From: Neoechinorhynchus agilis
Taxonomy: Eukaryota > Animalia > Acanthocephala
Direction of reading: 5' to 3'
NCBI GenBank assembly: GCA_051530055.1
Contig: CM121341.1
Location: forward strand, 3,941,761-4,005,760
Length of the DNA stretch: 64,000 nucleotides
Shown here: positions 59,296-64,000 of the stretch, one piece after another
Layout of the letters: each line of letters begins with the position of its first letter
How positions within the stretch are numbered: the stretch's first letter is position 1
Program-made: the position numbers and the translations under genes
The notes under the pieces: model-generated
Databases searched by the model: none
What the model was told of the DNA's origin: nothing
Seen by the model: only the letters and a program-made list of their open reading frames with translations

Positions 59296-60844
59296 AATAA
59301 AAATTTAAAAAATTTTTAAATTAGCGATTTAAGCAAAACAACTAATTTTTTACGCTTGATAATGAATGCAACGTGTATTTAAGAAATCGAAGGCAAAAAC
59401 AAACATCTATAGCTTTATTTTTCAATTTTTTTATTATTACCATGGAGCTAATCGCATAAAATTCTTCTCTTAACTTCCCGTAGAGATCAAATTATGTTTT
59501 TAATTGTTGCGCTCTAGATTCCATTTTCAAGAGAGCAAAGAAGTGAATAATTAAACAATTAGAAGCGTGGCGTATTTTGAATTTGCTTATGAAGTTATAA
59601 ATAATAAAAGCAATAGTCGTGCTGCTCAATCTTACGACTATTGGAATGAACATCTAAACACAACGGCGACACTTCTTTATCTTTTGATTCAATGGGATGC
59701 GATAAAATTGAGTTTAGTAAAAAAAGCAACCGTTGCATAACAAAAAATTAAATAAGCACGAAACATAAAGGATTTAAAATTTTCAAGTATTAAATTCGAG
59801 ACGGTATGTAAAGAAACAAAATTCTGTAAGCATATCCAAAAATGACACATATAGTCATTGATTAAATATTGATGAATTTGAGAAGACGACTTTTTACAAA
59901 AAAGAATGGCGTAATCTTATTGGCTTAGTTTAACCTGTTAATTTACAATTAACTTGTTTCAATTTTTTCAGAAAAATCAATGCGTTTTGTTCTCGTTTCC
60001 AAAAAATCGACCAGGTAGAAATAATTCAAATGATTAAATAACTTATGAAAAATAATGAACTATATTAAAGCATTTAATCAAAAATAAATTTAAAATGTCC
60101 TCAATTTATGCATTGAATAATTTAAAAATTATTTGAGTAACGCAAAATGCAATAGAGGACTTTAAAATAGTCGAATTGATTGGAAGAGAAGAGCTGTTAT
60201 ACTCGAATCGAATATTCAAAGAATGCTTTATATGTAAAAAAAGTCGATTCCGAACCAAAATTTGCAAGAGGAAAATTCCGAAATATACATCTACATCTTA
60301 TCAAGAACAATATCAGAAAATCAAGTCACTTCGGCGGGTTTGTTAAGACTAGTCTGAAGATGAAAGAGATAGAGTATCGCGTCTTGCTGTCCAGAATTGT
60401 GATTCTTTACTCATGGCAAGACACGATATGTTTAAGAGATAAAATGCCGATACAAATACCACTGTTTTGGAATGTTGGAAAAACGCTTACTGAAATTTGC
60501 CGTGATTCTGGGAAAGTAAAAAGCGTGATTTCTCGTGATCAGTTCTCAAAGCAACCAGAGTTATTAAATAAATCACTGAATCAAAAGTCTAAGATCGTAA
60601 CCAGTCCTTTGTGAAACTTTAATTTTTTGTTTAAAAAATCGAAAAATAATTTGTTGTTCAGAGTTGGTCACTTTCCTTTATTCCAATGGAACTCATAGTC
60701 GACTCACATCGTGTTGCTGCACTTCTTTTGCCGTGTTCTAGACGGCTGTTGCAAACATCTCCGTCGCAATTTCAAAGTTAGTCATTTCTGAACAAGAGAA
60801 CGTACTTCGTGTGCTGGAAAGCAACGTTAGCAGAATCGAAACAC

Positions 60845-61463
60845 GGGGAAGAGGGGGATACCTTTAGTGGCTCTGACCTTAGTTCAGGACTTATCCGGAC
60901 AAGATAAAATAAGAAATAAGCCCAAATAAAAGATTCCGGTTACGATCACAACCCTAAGATTTTAGAGTCATTCCTTAAGACATGCGGACGAGGAGGATAC
61001 CTTTAGTGGCGCTGACCTTAGTTAAGGACTTATCCGGACAAGATAAAATAAGAAATAAGCCCAAATAAAAGATTCCGGTTACGATCACAACCCTAAGATT
61101 TTAGAGTCATTCCTTAAGACATGGGACGAGGAGGATACCTTTAGTGGCGCTGACCTTAGTTAGGACTTATCCGGACAAGATAAAATAAGAAATAAGCCCA
61201 AATAAAAGATTCCGGTTACGATCACAACCCTAAGATTTTAGAGTCATTCCTTAAGACATGGGTACGAGGGGGATACCTTTAGTGCCACTGACCTTAGTTC
61301 AGGACTTATCCGGACAAGATAAAATAAGAAATAAGCCCAAATAAAAGATTCCGGTTACGATCACAGCCCTAAGATTTTAGAGTCATTTTTGAAGATTCGA
61401 TAAACGAGGACGAGGGGGATACCTTTAGTGCCACTGACCTTAGTTCAGGACTTATCCGGACAA
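60845..61463. repeat. tandem array of a ~138-bp unit (about 4.4 copies, highly homogeneous)
   Basis: The GATACCTTTAGTG anchor recurs with periods of 139, 138, 138 and 146 bp. Confidence 0.95.
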
Positions 61464-62798
61464 TACAAACTTGATCCTGTGCCCACATAATCCTTTTTGG
61501 TGTACTGTTTATATCAGGTCACGTGCTTGTCGCAACCTCTGTCTCTTATATTTAAAGAAACACGGTCTCTCTAGAATAAGTCGACCTCTTAGAATAAGAA
61601 AACGAGACGATCTTTTTCTCTGCCATTTTAGACAAGCAAAAATGAGCATTGCCTATAGAAGACAAATAGATCGGCACGAATGCCCGGTAAGTCTAATTGA
61701 CTAAAACATTTTCAAAACATCGGAAATGTATAGTCGTACAGTCCAAGTCAATACGGTCTCGATCTTCGACATGAATCCGTCAATATCTGTGTTTTGCTGC
61801 CAGAAGAGATCACTAACGGACGGGTTACTTGTGCCAGACTCCACGCTCAACCAAGGTATGTTGTGGATATAGAATCAAGTGAAAATGGATTAGCTTCTTA
61901 TTTTCAAGGCTAATCTGCTTAGCGGTTCTTAGGCGATTCTTTTCCGAAGAAACTAGATATTGCAAGGCCTTGCTTCTAATTGTTCTAGGGATGTTCCCAA
62001 GGGTTGGCAAATCTAAAACGCAACGAAACACTTTTGATCTTGTCAACCATTTAAGTCTTACAAGTAAAGCCATTAAAGATTTCTTGCGGTATGTTGTCAT
62101 ACTATAAAAAAAGATTAATGGGTGACATTATGTTAATGCTCTTTATGTGATTTTGGAAAATCAAACTAGCGTATAATTAGCATTATTCATGATTCTCTAA
62201 ATTAGTGTTTGGCATTTGTAAATTATTGAATTGTAGTTTTTTGAAATATATTAAAAAAATTTGTCGATAGGAGAAAATAAATGAAATTAAGAATTTATTG
62301 ATTTGATATTTCGATTCACCATCTTTTTTAAGGCGTAAGATTGAATTTTTTTATTCGGCGATGAAGAAATGAAGTAATTTTGGGTGTTTTATCACGGTTG
62401 TGCGTCCGAAATATTCATCTATATAAAAACATTGTGAGGATTCCCGATAGTTTTCCCTCGAACGACTTCTTACTCAATCTTATCCGTAGTTGTGAAAAGA
62501 GATGATAGTGTTAGATTCAATAATAGACAAAGTCCAAACATCTAACGAACGGCCAAAATTTTGATTTTGCTTACACATCCCTTCGTTTTTCTCCTCATCT
62601 TATGGATCAACTATTAAGGAAATATTTCCGTTTTTTCTGTATTCCACCCGAGTACACGTGAGCGAATACATCCATTCCCTAAATGAAGAATTCAAGGTGC
62701 AAATTATTCGCAAGCATTCCCTTAATAGCCATTCGTCTTAACGACGCTCACAGTTATTTTTCTCAGTAAAACAACCGTTTAACGTCCTAAACTTTCAG

Positions 62799-63512
62799 TT
62801 CGACATTGTCGGACGTGTTGGCATTTTTGACAAGTCTATACGATTTTGACCCGAACTCATTCACTGTACACGCATCGTCGTTCCACGGCCATTTGACAAC
62901 GACCACAATGTACACTCCTTTATCACTCGATGAACGCGTTGGAGAACTCGGTGAGTTCATTTCGTACAATCACAGAAAAAAACAACATTTCCATCTTCAA
63001 GGAGCGACCATTCTCAAACTCATAAGTCGACGCCGTAGAAACAAATACGAGGTCCGTTGAGGGAACGTTTAAGTTTCTTTTTCTTAAAAGTCTTCGTAGA
63101 AGGCATACATCCCGACAGTCATCCTGCCTGGAGGACAAACAGTCAGGACTACTTCTCCATTGCCGGGAAACTATCCTCTAATCGATTTGCTCGCTCAAAT
63201 CTGCAACGAACATCAACTTGGCGATTACCACGAATTCACATTTAGGACAAAAAGCGACGGACTGTTGCCCGTCAGTCATCTTCTACTTGAACACTTACTA
63301 GATTCAGTATCTACTTGCAAGTACCGCGATTGTCTCCCTGTTCTGGAAATCGTGAAGTCGTCAAGAAGTAATGTTTCACGCCTTTTTCCACTAATTTTGA
63401 TCGATGTTTAGGACTACCAATCGCAGAAAGTGCAGAATCCGTCGATAGAATGAGATCGTTTCAAAAATCCATGTCCACAATCGCCGGTAAAGTCTCTAGC
63501 GCTAAACAAAAT
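62799..63512 (+). CDS. internal exons of a gene with tandem ubiquitin-like/RBD-like segments (Cordon-bleu-like); exons 62799-62950, 63002-63051, 63100-63367, 63412-63512
   Basis: GT-AG introns of 51, 48 and 44 nt keep one frame: LSDVLAFLTSLYDFDPNSFTVH...LDERVGELG..ILKL...VILPGGQTVRTT...YPLIDLLAQICNEHQL. This resembles Cobl DLLxxLCxxYxLNPS and LxELxxxIC repeats. Confidence 0.45.
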
Positions 63513-64000
63513 GTAAGTTTGCAAGCTCTAAAGGATTTGCCCCTTTAGCTTTTTTTAAATAATCGAGCGTCATAAGCTTCTTTTATTTTAATTCCAAACG
63601 AAAATTCGTTATGAATAATGCACCTTCTGAGAACGTTTAAATCCTAAACGCGGAACTTATAATTCCTAGTTTGAAGTCGCGGATCATGATTTTAATATCA
63701 ATCGAATTTGATTTATTATCTTGCGTTCAATCTTAGAACAGAAGCTACTGAGATCTTTTGTTGCGATTTGACTGTTTAAAAATAGAATTTGAGACCATGG
63801 TGAAGATTGACGGTTACAGCGGTCAACGATCTCCCAGTCTGTCGAGGTTCGCCGTTTTGTAGAATCCGCGAGGCACATCCATATCGAATCAGCAAACTTA
63901 AAGTATCTCATTAGTCGCGGAGGCACATAAAATGTGGAAATCTTCACACTTTTTCGTCCTTCCAAGAATATACGAATTTAGCCTTTTATGTGCCATTAAA

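Noticed and set aside
60180-60614. 144-codon plus-strand ORF
   Set aside because: TTG start, no motif and no splice context; probably a chance ORF or old relic.
60845-61463. CRISPR-like appearance of the regular repeats (also 34612-35245)
   Set aside because: The units are wholly repeated with no unique spacers, there are no cas genes, and the context is eukaryotic.
61470-62100. Possible non-LTR 3' coding relic adjoining the 138-bp array
   Set aside because: Only vague thumb-like similarity; no diagnostic RT or zinc-finger motif.

Overview
AT-rich, repeat-dense animal nuclear DNA with very short introns (39-51 nt). The taxon cannot be fixed from sequence alone. Recognisable host genes: the 3' end of QSOX, a divergent caudal/Cdx homeobox gene, an intronless PARN-family nuclease with a C-terminal membrane anchor (PNLDC1/Trimmer-like), MRPL53, a LITAF-domain gene, a degenerate PPP1R3/CBM21 gene, an internally deleted H2A.Z copy, an orphan type I membrane protein and a possible Cobl-like gene. 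The middle of the window (about 20-56 kb) is a mosaic of segmental duplications. It carries three copies plus one remnant of a secreted Thr/Glu-rich protein with an Asp/Tyr tail, embedded in Penelope-like (PLE), CRE-like, CR1/Jockey, RTE and Ty3/Gypsy relics. The strongest unexplained signal is RNA-structural. Three PLE lineages each carry their own minimal hammerhead-ribozyme-like motif, one with a non-canonical CUGUCGA core. One of these motifs has also spread independently of the ORF as 110-180 bp head-to-head palindromic mini-elements at six or more loci. Other leads: splice acceptors directly abutting start codons (possible trans-splicing), a PLE inserted at the poly(A) signal of the amplified gene, and a decayed intronless coding relic (possible endogenous virus) ending in a perfect 64-bp hairpin. 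All family calls come from motif recognition by eye; no database search was run.
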